This document shows, piece by piece, positions 1 through 10,170 of a stretch of 64,000 nt of DNA. Numbering within the stretch: position 1 is the first letter of the stretch; the number at the start of each line of letters is the position of its first letter. The notes beneath the pieces are model-generated. The model saw only the letters and a program-made list of their open reading frames with translations, ran no database searches and was not told where the DNA came from. The stretch is taken from positions 12,779 through 76,778 of the forward strand of contig JAPLFP010000355.1 in NCBI GenBank assembly GCA_026390585.1. Reading direction: 5' to 3'. The stretch is from Ignavibacteriales bacterium. GTDB lineage: Bacteria > Bacteroidota > Ignavibacteria > UBA10030. Both the position numbers and the translations under genes were made by a program.

Positions 1-172
1 GTTCCGCTCATCACACTTCAATTCATGGGCGGGAATGTTTGGATGTGCCCCCAGTGTCTTCCTATTCTCATTCATTCTCCACACAAATTGACCGGAAAGC
101 TCCCGGGCGCCGAAACGATGGACGCCTCAGAACACAGTCACTGACATGTGACAGTCCGTTGCAGCAAAAACA

Positions 173-211
173 GAAACCCCTTCAATGCACACAGTGCAAG
201 AAGGGGTTTTG
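173..211 (-). terminator. Probable terminator hairpin downstream of serC
   Basis: gaaaccccttc...tgcac-aca-gtgca...gaaggggtttt stem; T-rich tail on the minus strand. Confidence 0.45.
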
Positions 212-219
212 AGTTTCAT

Positions 220-269
220 GAAGAAGGTGACCTTCTTCCCGGATTGGATCCTGCTGAAGGTGACCTTCA
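220..269. repeat. Pair of short REP-like palindromes (AAGGTGACCTTC)
   Basis: gaagaaggtgaccttcttc (220-238) and tgaaggtgaccttca (255-269); related to the inverted pair at 18517-18559. Confidence 0.5.
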
Positions 270-275
270 AATAAG

Positions 276-1364
276 CTACTGCTTGTTCGCAGCGTAGAAC
301 TCCTCCATGAACTTCGCCAAGGCTTCAACCGATTCGACCGGACAAGCATTGTATTGTGAAGACCGGACTCCGCCGACTGATCGGTGACCCTTCAGTCCGA
401 CCAATTGCTTCTTCTTCGCTTCTGCAACAAACTTCTCTTCCAGTTCAGGCGTCGAGAGATTCCATGTGAGGTTCATGATGGACCGATCCGCTTTGTCGCT
501 CACCGATCCCTTGTAGAAACCTGAGTGTGCATCGATTACATCGTAGATCATCTTTGCCTTCTTCTGATTGCGGGCTTCGACAGCTTCGAGCCCACCCTCC
601 TTCTGGATCCACTTGAGGGTTCTGCCAACAACGTAGATGGCGAAGACCGGCGGAGTGTTGTAAAGCGACACACCATCGACATGCGTTTTGTATTTCAGCA
701 TCGAGGGGATCTGCTGTTTTGCTTTGGCTTCAACATACGCCCGTTTGACGACAATCATGGTGACGCCGGCGGGGCCAAGATTCTTCTGCGCGCCCGCATA
801 GATGAGGCTGTACCTACTCCACTCGCGTTTCGTACCAAACATGTCGGAGGACATATCGGCAATCAACGGCACGCTGCCGACCTCGGGGATCGATTTCCAT
901 TCAGTCCCGTAGATCGTATTGTTCGTTGTGATGTGCACATAGTCAGCATCGGGTAAGAAGTTGAAGCTCTTCGGCAGGTAGTTGAAGTTCTTGTCCTTCG
1001 AACTTGCAGCCTCGTTCACAACACCGAACAATTTTGCCTCCTTCGCGGCTTTTGTCGCCCATTCGCCCGTAACGATATAGTCGGCTTTGGTTTGCATGAA
1101 GTTCATCGGGATCATCGCGAACTGCAGACTTGCCCCGCCGCCGACGAATATCACGGCATAGTCCTGCACTGAGAGACCCATGAGGGCGAGCACATCTTTC
1201 TCCGCATCCTGAATGATGGCTTCAAAGTCTTTGGACCTATGGCTGATCTCGAGTATGGACATTCCGAGAGAACCAAGGTTCGCTACAGCATCCCGTGTTT
1301 CCTCGAGCACCGTCAAAGGAAGAACAGCGGGACCCGGATTGAAATTATGTGCTCGATTTGGCAT
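276..1364 (-). CDS. serC: Phosphoserine aminotransferase
   Basis: 362 aa; NFNPGPAVLP N-terminus, ADMSS and PLP-lysine motif AGAQKNLGPAG, C-terminal GHRSVGG. Confidence 0.96.
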   Translation of the reverse strand: MPNRAHNFNPGPAVLPLTVLEETRDAVANLGSLGMSILEISHRSKDFEAIIQDAEKDVLALMGLSVQDYAVIFVGGGASLQFAMIPMNFMQTKADYIVTGEWATKAAKEAKLFGVVNEAASSKDKNFNYLPKSFNFLPDADYVHITTNNTIYGTEWKSIPEVGSVPLIADMSSDMFGTKREWSRYSLIYAGAQKNLGPAGVTMIVVKRAYVEAKAKQQIPSMLKYKTHVDGVSLYNTPPVFAIYVVGRTLKWIQKEGGLEAVEARNQKKAKMIYDVIDAHSGFYKGSVSDKADRSIMNLTWNLSTPELEEKFVAEAKKKQLVGLKGHRSVGGVRSSQYNACPVESVEALAKFMEEFYAANKQ

Positions 1365-1685
1365 GGCAATTCTCCTTCATCATGTGATACTGAGCATCGA
1401 ATTGTACATCGCCAATATACAAATTTTTCAATTCATCGAGCATCGCTGTCGATTCACGAAGGAATGTCCAGGGTATTGAACATCGCGCCGTGAGCTTTCT
1501 CCTATTTCTGATTTCTAGAAACCCCCATTCGCGACATGAGTATTCTGCAGTTGTGACTTGCTCGGAATTTCCTTACGTTTCGACCATAAAATGAGGAGAT
1601 GTAGAGGAAGTTCGAAAAACGGTTGCACCCCATCGGAAACCTCACCTCCCATCTCAAAAGTGTCTTCCTGTCAAAGGAGGCTGCC

Positions 1686-2606
1686 ATGAAAATACTTGTA
1701 ACAGACGGTATATCGCCGGAAGGGGCAAAAATCATGCTCGATGCCGGCCATGATGTCGACCAGGTGAAATATACCCCTGAGGAACTTGTGGCGAATATCG
1801 GAAAGTATGATGCCATCATCGTCCGATCGGCAACGAAGGTGACGAAAGATGTCATCGAAGCAGGAAAAAACCTAAAAGTCATCGCCCGTGGAGGCATCGG
1901 CTTGGACAACATCGATGTCGAGGCTGCCAAGGCGAAGAACCTCCTGGTGCTCAACACACCTGGAGCGTCTGCGATCTCTGTCGCTGAGCTTGCCGTCGGC
2001 CACATGTTTGCCCTCAGCCGTTTCCTCCACGTCAGCAAGATGGAAATGATGGCCGGAAAATGGCCCAAAAAGGAATACTCAAAGGGAATTGAACTGTTCG
2101 GCAAGACGCTCGGTGTGATGGGATTCGGGAATATCGGGAAAGAAACTGCCCGCCGCGCTCTCGGTCTCGGCATGAACGTTCTGGCGTACGATCCACCATT
2201 TACCCTGATGGATTTCGTTGTGCGCATCACAACGCGCGAGAAGCTTCTGGCGGAATCCGATTTCATCACACTGCACATTCCTGCTGACAAAAAGGGGGGC
2301 CCGGCGATCGGGAGGAAAGAATTTGACATGATGAAGAAGGGTGTCATCATCGTCAACTGCGCCCGCGGTGGAGTCGTCGACGAGGTCGCGTTGCTCGAAG
2401 CACTGGAGAGTGGCAAGGTCGGCGGTGTGGGTCTCGATGTGTTTGCCAATGAGCCACCCACCGATGCCCAAAAGGCTCTCCTCAACCATCCGCGCGTCAG
2501 TGTATCACCGCATATCGGAGGATCAACGATCGAGGGGCAGGAGCGTGTCGGCATCGAGATCGCCCAAAAAGTCGTGAAGGCGTTTGATCCGGAAGCATTT
2601 CATTAA
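1686..2606 (+). CDS. serA: D-3-phosphoglycerate dehydrogenase, short form without ACT domain
   Basis: AGGAGG RBS before ATG 1686; RGGIGLDNID, GFGNIG Rossmann motif, NCARGG, DVFANEP, PHIGGST; adjacent to serC. Confidence 0.9.
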   Translation: MKILVTDGISPEGAKIMLDAGHDVDQVKYTPEELVANIGKYDAIIVRSATKVTKDVIEAGKNLKVIARGGIGLDNIDVEAAKAKNLLVLNTPGASAISVAELAVGHMFALSRFLHVSKMEMMAGKWPKKEYSKGIELFGKTLGVMGFGNIGKETARRALGLGMNVLAYDPPFTLMDFVVRITTREKLLAESDFITLHIPADKKGGPAIGRKEFDMMKKGVIIVNCARGGVVDEVALLEALESGKVGGVGLDVFANEPPTDAQKALLNHPRVSVSPHIGGSTIEGQERVGIEIAQKVVKAFDPEAFH

Positions 2607-2624
2607 GAGGAGCCCAAAGATTGT

Positions 2625-3866
2625 ATGTCGACTGTACGTCCGTTCAAAGCATTTCGGCCCAAGCCTGAGTACGCGGGAGAGGTCGCAGCAAAACCGTACG
2701 ATGTGTTGAACTCGGATGAAGCACGCGTGGAAGTCAAAGGACATCCACTCTCGTTTCTCCACATCGGGAAGCCGGAGATTGATCTGGATCCGGGAATTGA
2801 TCTCCACGACTCAAAGGTTTATGCGAAGGGGAAGGAGAATCTTCGGAATCTCATCGACCAGAAGGTGCTCGTTGAGGATCCCGAACCTTATCTCTATGTG
2901 TATGCTCAGACCATGGAGGGGCGGACTCAATACGGAATCGTCGGATGCGCTTCGGTGGAAGAATATTGGAACGACACGATCAAGAAACATGAGCTCACTC
3001 GGAAGGATAAGGAAGAGGACCGCTGCAACCACGTCCGCGTGACAAACTCGCACTCCGGTCCAATCTTCCTCACCTACCCGGACAATGCCGAGATAAACGC
3101 CATCGTAGCAAAAGTCGTGAGTGCGCCTCCGGAAAATGATCATGTAGCAGCTGACGGTATCCGGCACCAGTCGTGGGTCGTCAACGACAAATCGACGATC
3201 CTGAAGCTCCAGCAGCTCTTTGCAGCAACTCCTCATCTGTACGTCGCTGATGGACACCACCGCTCTGCAGCAGCCGGCATCGTGGGACGCGAAAGAAAAC
3301 TGGCGAATCCGAAGCATCGGGGAGACGAAGAGTACAACTTCTTCCTCGCTGTTTGTTTTCCCGCGAGTCAACTGAGAATTCTCGACTACAACAGAGTGGT
3401 GAAGGACTTGAACGGACTTTCCACGCGAGAATTCGTCGACAAGCTGAAGGGGAAGTTTTCTGTGCAGCCCATTCAAGGCCGCCCGAGACTTTCAAACAAA
3501 GGCGAGTTCGGTTTGTACCTCGATGGCAAGTGGCATATCATGACTGCAGCAGAATCATTGCTCAAGGATAACGATCCCGTCGAGCGTCTCGATGTCGCGA
3601 TCCTGCAGAATCACTTGCTGGATCCCATCCTGGGAATCAAGGACCCTCGGACGGACAAGAGAGTTGACTTCGTCGGTGGAATACGCGGCATGGGTGAGCT
3701 CGAGAAGCGTGTTGACTCAGGTCAGATGAAAGTGGCGTTCAGCATGTTTCCCACATCGGTTCATGAACTCATCGCCATTGCCGACGCCGGCAAGATCATG
3801 CCTCCCAAGTCCACCTGGTTCGAACCGAAGCTGCGGGATGGGCTCTTTGTGCATTTTTTGGATTAG
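2625..3866 (+). CDS. DUF1015 family protein (ParB/Srx-like fold)
   Basis: PYDV, IKKHELTR, YVADGHHR, MPPKSTWFEPKLRDGL motifs; follows serA. Confidence 0.88.
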   Translation: MSTVRPFKAFRPKPEYAGEVAAKPYDVLNSDEARVEVKGHPLSFLHIGKPEIDLDPGIDLHDSKVYAKGKENLRNLIDQKVLVEDPEPYLYVYAQTMEGRTQYGIVGCASVEEYWNDTIKKHELTRKDKEEDRCNHVRVTNSHSGPIFLTYPDNAEINAIVAKVVSAPPENDHVAADGIRHQSWVVNDKSTILKLQQLFAATPHLYVADGHHRSAAAGIVGRERKLANPKHRGDEEYNFFLAVCFPASQLRILDYNRVVKDLNGLSTREFVDKLKGKFSVQPIQGRPRLSNKGEFGLYLDGKWHIMTAAESLLKDNDPVERLDVAILQNHLLDPILGIKDPRTDKRVDFVGGIRGMGELEKRVDSGQMKVAFSMFPTSVHELIAIADAGKIMPPKSTWFEPKLRDGLFVHFLD

Positions 3867-3867
3867 G

Positions 3868-3951
3868 GAATTAGTGAAGAGGCTAATTGGTTAATTAGTT
3901 AGTTGGTTAATTGGCCAGGAAGAAATCACCAGTTAACCATTCACCAATTAA
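3868..3951. repeat. Short octamer-like repeat array with inverted half (TAATTGGT / ACCAATTA)
   Basis: taattggttaattagttagttggttaattggc followed by accagttaaccattcaccaatta. Confidence 0.55.
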
Positions 3952-3970
3952 AGAGCTTTGGAGGGATGTG

Positions 3971-4504
3971 ATGAAAGGAATTTTGACGGTATTGTTGACT
4001 TGCGCGCTTGTTGTGGGCGCTGCCGCTCAGCACGATATGCAGAAGATGACGAATGGCCCTGCCAAAGCCGTCGCCGTTGTCTATCCTGCAAAAGACAAGA
4101 CAGTGAAGGGTATCATTACCTTCACGCAGATGGAGAATGGTGTTAAGGTTGTTGCTCACCTCGAGGGTTTAACTCCGGGCAAGCATGGGTTCCATGTGCA
4201 TGAGTTCGGCGATTGCAGTGCCCCGGATGCGACCAGCGCGGGCGGCCATTTCAATCCTACACAGATGACACACGGCGCTCCTACCGATGCCATGCATCAC
4301 TCCGGCGACCTTGGAAACATTGTCGCTGACGACAAAGGAGTGGCGGATCTCGAGTGGCTCGATCCCATGATGCAGCTTTCCGGACCCCAGTCAATCATTG
4401 GCCGTGCGGTAATTGTACACGCTAAAGAGGATGATCTGAAGACTCAGCCTACAGGCAATGCTGGAGCGAGAGAGGCGTGTGGAGTAATCGGAGTAGCGAA
4501 ATAG
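3971..4504 (+). CDS. sodC: Cu/Zn superoxide dismutase, exported
   Basis: Signal peptide; HGFHVHE, GGHFNP, HSGDLGN, GRAVIVH, GNAGAREACGVIG motifs. Confidence 0.96.
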   Translation: MKGILTVLLTCALVVGAAAQHDMQKMTNGPAKAVAVVYPAKDKTVKGIITFTQMENGVKVVAHLEGLTPGKHGFHVHEFGDCSAPDATSAGGHFNPTQMTHGAPTDAMHHSGDLGNIVADDKGVADLEWLDPMMQLSGPQSIIGRAVIVHAKEDDLKTQPTGNAGAREACGVIGVAK

Positions 4505-4532
4505 GATCTGTCGGAATTTCATCAGACACAAC

Positions 4533-4564
4533 AAGGCCCGGAGAAATCTGGGCTTTTGCTTTTT
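4533..4564 (+). terminator. Rho-independent terminator of sodC
   Basis: aggcccgga-gaaa-tctgggctt stem followed by T-rich tail. Confidence 0.7.
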
Positions 4565-4763
4565 GTGCGCGCACCACAGCGCTTCACGATCAACTTTTTC
4601 TGCAAAGCGTTCGCGCTTGATACCGCGGAAGATGACCTTGATATTGTCATCGTCAAAAGCCAGCGACCTCCCCTTTGTCCCCTCCTTGCGATGGAAGCAG
4701 TCTGGATGGTGTGTCCCGACACTCAACTCTCAGCGTAGGATTGATCTTCCACCTCCCCTTAAT

Positions 4764-4902
4764 GAGGCTGTCTCAAAAGTCGAGTTCGTAGACATCTTGT
4801 CAGTACTGGCGTTGCTGAATCGCGGATTGTGATTTCAATTCGCGATCGGATTTTCAACACCTGAACAAATGTCACGGTAAAAATAACTTTTTAGACAGCC
4901 TC
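4764..4902. mobile_element. MITE-like element with 17-bp terminal inverted repeats (resemble IS1182-type ends)
   Basis: gaggctgtctcaaaagt ... actttttagacagcctc (16/17 match), 139 bp, internal hairpin, no ORF; IS family assignment is from memory only. Confidence 0.65.
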
Positions 4903-4933
4903 ACATGGGGTGGTCAAGCGACAGCGATTTACG

Positions 4934-5335
4934 ATGACCCTGCACTTCAACACGATCCAGCAAAAGAATCGGCGGCGCTTTCTTCGGAGTCATCTCCCCA
5001 AAGCCGAGGCCGTTCTTTGGATGCATCTCTCTCGCCGCCAAATGCTGGGATACAAGTTCCGCCGACAGTACAGCGTTGATCAGTACATCATAGATTTCTA
5101 CTGCCCAGAACTGAAGCTCGCCATTGAGGTAGACGGTGAATGTCACTTCACTGCACCAGCAAGAGAATACGACCGTAATCGTCAAGATTTCATCGAATCT
5201 TTTGGAATCAGATTCCTTAGGGTGACAAACGCAGATGTCCTTGACAATCTTCATGGTTTACTGGATAAGATAGCAGCAACAATCGGGGAAATCCAAAAGG
5301 CTAAAGCCTCAGTCCAGCCATCTCGACCGGCTTAG
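4934..5335 (+). CDS. DUF559 / Vsr-like PD-(D/E)xK endonuclease domain protein
   Basis: AEAVLW...KFRRQY...YIIDFYC...LAIEVDG..H...D..R...G..FLRVTN signature. Confidence 0.9.
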   Translation: MTLHFNTIQQKNRRRFLRSHLPKAEAVLWMHLSRRQMLGYKFRRQYSVDQYIIDFYCPELKLAIEVDGECHFTAPAREYDRNRQDFIESFGIRFLRVTNADVLDNLHGLLDKIAATIGEIQKAKASVQPSRPA

Positions 5336-5337
5336 AA

Positions 5338-5450
5338 TCAATCATTGGCGGTGTGGTCATTGTGCATGCGAAGATGGATGATCTGAAGACCCAGCCTGCC
5401 GATAACGCGGGAGCAAGAGAGGCGTGCGGGTTATTGGGGTGGCAAAATAA
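5338..5450 (+). pseudogene. Degenerate second copy of the sodC 3' end
   Basis: Reads SIIGGVVIVHAKMDDLKTQPADNAGAREACG, then a 1-nt deletion, then IGVAK*; homologous to 4391-4504. Confidence 0.9.
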
Positions 5451-5472
5451 TCGGACTGGTGCACAAGACAAA

Positions 5473-5506
5473 TAAAAGAAGGCCCGGAACACTCCGGGCC
5501 TTTTGC
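5473..5506. terminator. Bidirectional terminator (homologue of the sodC terminator; also serves catalase)
   Basis: aaaagaaggcccgga-acac-tccgggccttttgc. Confidence 0.75.
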
Positions 5507-5540
5507 GTTTCACTTCATTTATCAAATTACGCAGCTCGCA

Positions 5541-6977
5541 TCACCACCCTAGCGCTTTCTTGACCCCTTCGGCATACGACGGATCAGCTTTCGCGAAATG
5601 CATAAGCTGCCGTTCGATGATTGCCTTCGGAACACCAACCATGGCGCCTGCAATTGCCTGATGCAGCCGCTTGCGTTGCTCGGGACCGAGAAGCCGGTAC
5701 AGGTCTCCTGCCTGAGTGAAATCATCATTTCCCATTCGATGATCGTACCGGTCGGCATCTCCCGATATCTTCAAAGGGGGTTCCTTAAATTTTGCATCCT
5801 CCTTCGGACCTCCCATGGTGTTCGGTTCGTAGTTGACGGACCCTCCACCGTTCCCGTCAGCCCGCATGACCCCATCGCGATAGTATGTATCCACGGAGAC
5901 GTGAGGACGATTCACCGGAAGACTTTCGTAGTTGACGCCGAGTCGGTGTCGGTGCGCGTCTGCGTACGATACGATGCGGAACTGCAGCATTTTGTCAGGG
6001 CTGTGACCGATTCCCGGTACAACATTCGCCGGAGAAAAGGCGGCCTGTTCAACTTCTGCAAAGTAGTTCTCCGGGTTCCGGTTCAATTCCATGATGCCGA
6101 CTTCGTGCAGGGGATATTCTTTGTGCGGCCACACTTTTGTGAGATCGAAAGGATTATACGGCGTCTTTTCCGCATCCGTCTCCGGCATCACCTGCACCAA
6201 TACCCGCCACTTTGGAAAGTCGCCGCGCGCAATTGCTTCGAAGAGATCTCGCTGATGGCTTTCCCTATCCTTCGCAATGATTGCCGCAGATTCTTCGTCA
6301 GTCATTGTCTTGATCCCCTGCAGCGTCTTAAAATGGAACTTGACCCAAAACCGCTGTTGCTTTGCATTGATGAAACTGTACGTGTGGCTTCCGTAGCCGT
6401 TCAAATGCCGATAGCTGCGCGGAAGACCACGATCTGAAAATAGGATCGTGACTTGATGCAGGCTTTCAGGAGACAACGACCAGAAGTCCCACATTGCAGT
6501 CGCACTCCGGAGGTTCGTCTTCGGGTCGCGCTTTTGTGTATGGATGAAATCCGGGAACTTGTACGGATCCCGGATGAAGAAGACCGGCGTGTTGTTCCCC
6601 ACCAGATCCCAGTTTCCTTCGTCTGTATAGAACTTGAGCGCAAATCCTCGGACATCCCGCTCCGCGTCGGCTGCACCTCGTTCACCAGCGACAGTGGAAA
6701 AGCGGAGGAAGCATTCCGTCTTCTTTCCCACCTTGGAAAAAATGCCGGCGGTTGTATACTTACTGATGTCCTTCGTCACTTTGAATACGCCATAGGCACC
6801 AGACCCCTTGGCGTGAACAACGCGTTCTGGAATTCGCTCACGATTGAAATGAGCGTGCTTCTCGAAAAGCTGCCAGTCTTGCACCAGCAACGGACCACGC
6901 GGTCCGGCTGTCAATGAGTTTTGGTTGTCTCCAACCGGAATCCCGGCCGAAGTGGTCAATTGCTTCTTCTTTGCCAT
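5541..6977 (-). CDS. katA: Monofunctional heme catalase (small subunit type)
   Basis: [17 protein letters not shown] active-site motif, [14 protein letters not shown] heme ligand motif, 478 aa. Confidence 0.96.
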   Translation of the reverse strand: MAKKKQLTTSAGIPVGDNQNSLTAGPRGPLLVQDWQLFEKHAHFNRERIPERVVHAKGSGAYGVFKVTKDISKYTTAGIFSKVGKKTECFLRFSTVAGERGAADAERDVRGFALKFYTDEGNWDLVGNNTPVFFIRDPYKFPDFIHTQKRDPKTNLRSATAMWDFWSLSPESLHQVTILFSDRGLPRSYRHLNGYGSHTYSFINAKQQRFWVKFHFKTLQGIKTMTDEESAAIIAKDRESHQRDLFEAIARGDFPKWRVLVQVMPETDAEKTPYNPFDLTKVWPHKEYPLHEVGIMELNRNPENYFAEVEQAAFSPANVVPGIGHSPDKMLQFRIVSYADAHRHRLGVNYESLPVNRPHVSVDTYYRDGVMRADGNGGGSVNYEPNTMGGPKEDAKFKEPPLKISGDADRYDHRMGNDDFTQAGDLYRLLGPEQRKRLHQAIAGAMVGVPKAIIERQLMHFAKADPSYAEGVKKALGW

Positions 6978-7038
6978 GTTCGCCTCCAGTTAGTTTAGTC
7001 GGGGAGTGAAGTTTCAGATGCAATTCAGAAATAGCACA

Positions 7039-9891
7039 TTATCTCTTCTCCAGCTCGTACGCCCGCGTCTTTCCCTTCTCGATCGCAGGAAGCCCTATCG
7101 TCATCCACACCGGAGCCGGCTGGCCCATCAGATAATGATCGAAGAACTGCAGCATACGAATAGACAGATCTTTTCTGTTTTTCCGCTGGACCAGATTGTG
7201 CGCTTCCCCGTTGTAGGTCAACATCCATACAGGTTTGTGCAACCTGCGCAACGCGGCGAACAACTCGATTCCCTGATACCACGGCACTGCTCCGTCTGCA
7301 TCGTTCGCCATGATCAGCAGAGGCGTCGTTATGTTCGGTGCACGGAAGAGTGCAGAGTTTTCCAGATACAGCATCGGCTTTTCCCATAGGGTGGCTCCGA
7401 TGCGACTTTGCTCCTTTTCATACTGCATCATCCGGCTCACGCCTGACTCCCAGCGAATGCCACCATAGGCGCTTGTCATGTTCGAAACGGGTGCTCCGGC
7501 TCCCGCCGCCGCGAACATGGTAGAGTTCGCAACCAAATATGCCACTTGATAGCCACCCCAGCTCTGTCCTTGAATTGCCACCTTCGAACTGTCAATGAAT
7601 CCCGCCTCAATCAACTTCAGGATTCCTGGCACAATGCAATCATACGCACTCTTGCCGGGATAGCCGACTCTGTACCGGATGTCTGGAACAAAGACAACGT
7701 AGCCGCGACTAGCAAAAAGGGCGATGTTCACTGTAGAGGCAGACGGCGCCGGCGGAATGTAACGATGGAGGAGATCAGAGTTTCTTTCATAGAAGTACGA
7801 TATCAGCGGATACTTCTTCTTCGGATCGAAGTTCTCCGGTTTGTAGAGAAGTCCGTCGATCGGCTTTCCATCTCCGGCGACCCACGACACGAGTTCAACA
7901 CTTCCCCAGAGATAGTCCTTCTGCTGGGGATTGATATCGCTGATGCGATCGAGATGAGTCATCGCCATGCCGGTCACGTACAGATCCGGGCACTCGCGGA
8001 AATTGCTCCGCGTCATGATCAGCTTGTCACTGTTTTCCGCCTTTTGAGGCGCCGAGAAAACGTATGGCTGCATGATGATCTTCCGTGGCGGGAGAGTCTC
8101 ATTCAGCTTCAAGGTGCAGAACCCTGATGACTTGTCAGTATAGGAGAACGCATCGAGAAGCACCTGAGCGTCAGAATTCAAAAACTTCTCGTCGCGATCG
8201 AGCCGTACATATCGCAGGCGGAGGTTCTCTTTGCGCCCCATGCGGGTGAGATTCTCTGCCGGACGTTTCCCTTCCGGATCGAGCCTCCAGATGTCATGAC
8301 GATCGTAAACGAAAACATCTTTGTCATCCTTTGTCCATCCCATCATCCCATGGGGCGAAGGATCACCGGGAACATCATTGAGCTCATTGTAGACTGGGAA
8401 TGGAACCGTTGCCGAAATGTTGACCGTTTTCTCCTTCTTTACCGAGTAGGCTCGCCAACATGTATCTTCTTCCGCATACCAGGTAATGTACTGAGCCCCA
8501 GGAGAAAGGGCTGCGCTCCCTTGAGTCTTCGTCGCAATTTTCTTTGCCTCTCCGGTAAGGAGGTCAACAAGATATACGTCGCGATAGACCGCATCCCATG
8601 ATATCAACTGGCGGTACGGAATTTCCGATATGCCGACGGCCATGTCTGCATTCCCTTCGATTCCCGCCGTGACGGTCGGCATATTTGGGTTCGCAAGCTG
8701 AACGAATTTCCTTTTCTTCAGATGAACTACTGCCGAATAGGAGCGCTTCTTTTCATTGTCGAGATTCTTCAACTGATGCGGCTGCAGATACGGGTCCTGC
8801 CAATTCCATATGTCAAGTTTGGCCGTCTCCTCATCATTCATCGTGGTGTCTTCGGGCATCGGCACCGGAGCAGTTCCAAAAAGGAGCCGCTTTCCGTCCT
8901 TGGAAAAGAAGATCCGACCGTTCTCGCTGACCAGCCATTTCTTCGGCATGCCCTGCGTCAGAGTATCGACAAGAACTTCGGCAGACTTCACATTCTCTGA
9001 CCAATAGTACAGCGAATAGTACCGTTGCTTGGCTTTGGAGGTATCCCGATCGGCAACGAAGGCGGCTTGTGTTCCCTCTTCATCGCAGACCACCCCTTTG
9101 AATTTCCCTTTTCCGACCACCAACGTATCGCAAAAGAACTTTGCAGTGTCGACGGCAGATTTCTCGGTATTGACGGTGAACACGCCTGCCTTGACAGTGC
9201 TGTCATTTCCCGTCGTTGCCACAATGAACCGCTTCCCGTTTTTCGAGAAGGCAAATTCACTGCCAAACGAGAAGCTGTATTCTTTGCCAGCAATCAGGTT
9301 CCGCAAGACAATCGTGGTTCCTTTCTCTTCTTTCTTTGGAGTTTCCTCGTCGGCCGGATCTGCGGCATCGTCCTTGTTCTCGAGGGCCTTCTTTCCCTTC
9401 TTCGTGGTGTCCGTTGGCTCCTTTTCATTTTGATAGGCAACCCAACCCGAGCCCTTCTCGGGGAGTTTGAATGACTTCACGCGAGGGATCTTTATGAGTT
9501 TCGACGTCGCCAGATTGTAGATGCCGAGTGAGTCCTTCGGCAGATCGTCCTCTTTCTTCTTTGCGATCTTCAGCTTCTTTACCTCCGCATAGAACGGCTT
9601 TATCGAGAACACGACGAAATCGGAGGCTTCGGCGATCTTCGCGTTCATGCCGCGCGGAATGGTGTCGTACTTCTTCGAGTCCGTATTGAAAACGACAAGA
9701 TGAGCATCCCCTTCCTGCGGTTCGACGGAATAGACAACCCACTTTCCATCATTCGAAATGGATTCACCATTGACTTTCTTCCAGTTGTCATAAACATCGT
9801 GATTCAGGGGCTTCTTTGCTGTCGTCTGGCAGAGCGCGGTTTGCATGAGAGCGGCTGCAAGCAAAGCAAGAACGATGGTGCAAGATTTCAT
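7039..9891 (-). CDS. Secreted S9 family (prolyl oligopeptidase-like) serine peptidase
   Basis: Signal peptide from MKSCTIV; GQSWGG nucleophile, D (NDADGAV) and H (GEAHNL) triad; beta-propeller-like N-terminus. Confidence 0.9.
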   Translation of the reverse strand: MKSCTIVLALLAAALMQTALCQTTAKKPLNHDVYDNWKKVNGESISNDGKWVVYSVEPQEGDAHLVVFNTDSKKYDTIPRGMNAKIAEASDFVVFSIKPFYAEVKKLKIAKKKEDDLPKDSLGIYNLATSKLIKIPRVKSFKLPEKGSGWVAYQNEKEPTDTTKKGKKALENKDDAADPADEETPKKEEKGTTIVLRNLIAGKEYSFSFGSEFAFSKNGKRFIVATTGNDSTVKAGVFTVNTEKSAVDTAKFFCDTLVVGKGKFKGVVCDEEGTQAAFVADRDTSKAKQRYYSLYYWSENVKSAEVLVDTLTQGMPKKWLVSENGRIFFSKDGKRLLFGTAPVPMPEDTTMNDEETAKLDIWNWQDPYLQPHQLKNLDNEKKRSYSAVVHLKKRKFVQLANPNMPTVTAGIEGNADMAVGISEIPYRQLISWDAVYRDVYLVDLLTGEAKKIATKTQGSAALSPGAQYITWYAEEDTCWRAYSVKKEKTVNISATVPFPVYNELNDVPGDPSPHGMMGWTKDDKDVFVYDRHDIWRLDPEGKRPAENLTRMGRKENLRLRYVRLDRDEKFLNSDAQVLLDAFSYTDKSSGFCTLKLNETLPPRKIIMQPYVFSAPQKAENSDKLIMTRSNFRECPDLYVTGMAMTHLDRISDINPQQKDYLWGSVELVSWVAGDGKPIDGLLYKPENFDPKKKYPLISYFYERNSDLLHRYIPPAPSASTVNIALFASRGYVVFVPDIRYRVGYPGKSAYDCIVPGILKLIEAGFIDSSKVAIQGQSWGGYQVAYLVANSTMFAAAGAGAPVSNMTSAYGGIRWESGVSRMMQYEKEQSRIGATLWEKPMLYLENSALFRAPNITTPLLIMANDADGAVPWYQGIELFAALRRLHKPVWMLTYNGEAHNLVQRKNRKDLSIRMLQFFDHYLMGQPAPVWMTIGLPAIEKGKTRAYELEKR

Positions 9892-10170
9892 AGGAACTCC
9901 AGACTGCAGGTTGTGGTGGATTGCTGACGGGACACAATACAGGACGCCGGTGTGAGACGATGATACCAATATTCTCGAATGCATTCAAATTGAATCTTGA
10001 GATGGCAACCCCCAGATGATGCGCAGCCCCAGGCAGGCGCATGCCCCTGACCAGCCCCATCGTTCAGAATGTACGATGTCGATCTCCCCCTTTGATTTTA
10101 CCCACCGTTTCCCTTAGATTAGCACCGTAGCGCCGAACCCCTCCATCCCATAGACTGGTCAAACCACGCA

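Noticed and set aside
1502..2554. 350-aa antisense ORF over serA, and similar long shadows at 5598-6437, 19068-20066, 24700-25452, 45631-46728 and 54670-55578
   Set aside because: They lie opposite well-supported genes and have no motifs; expected from codon bias
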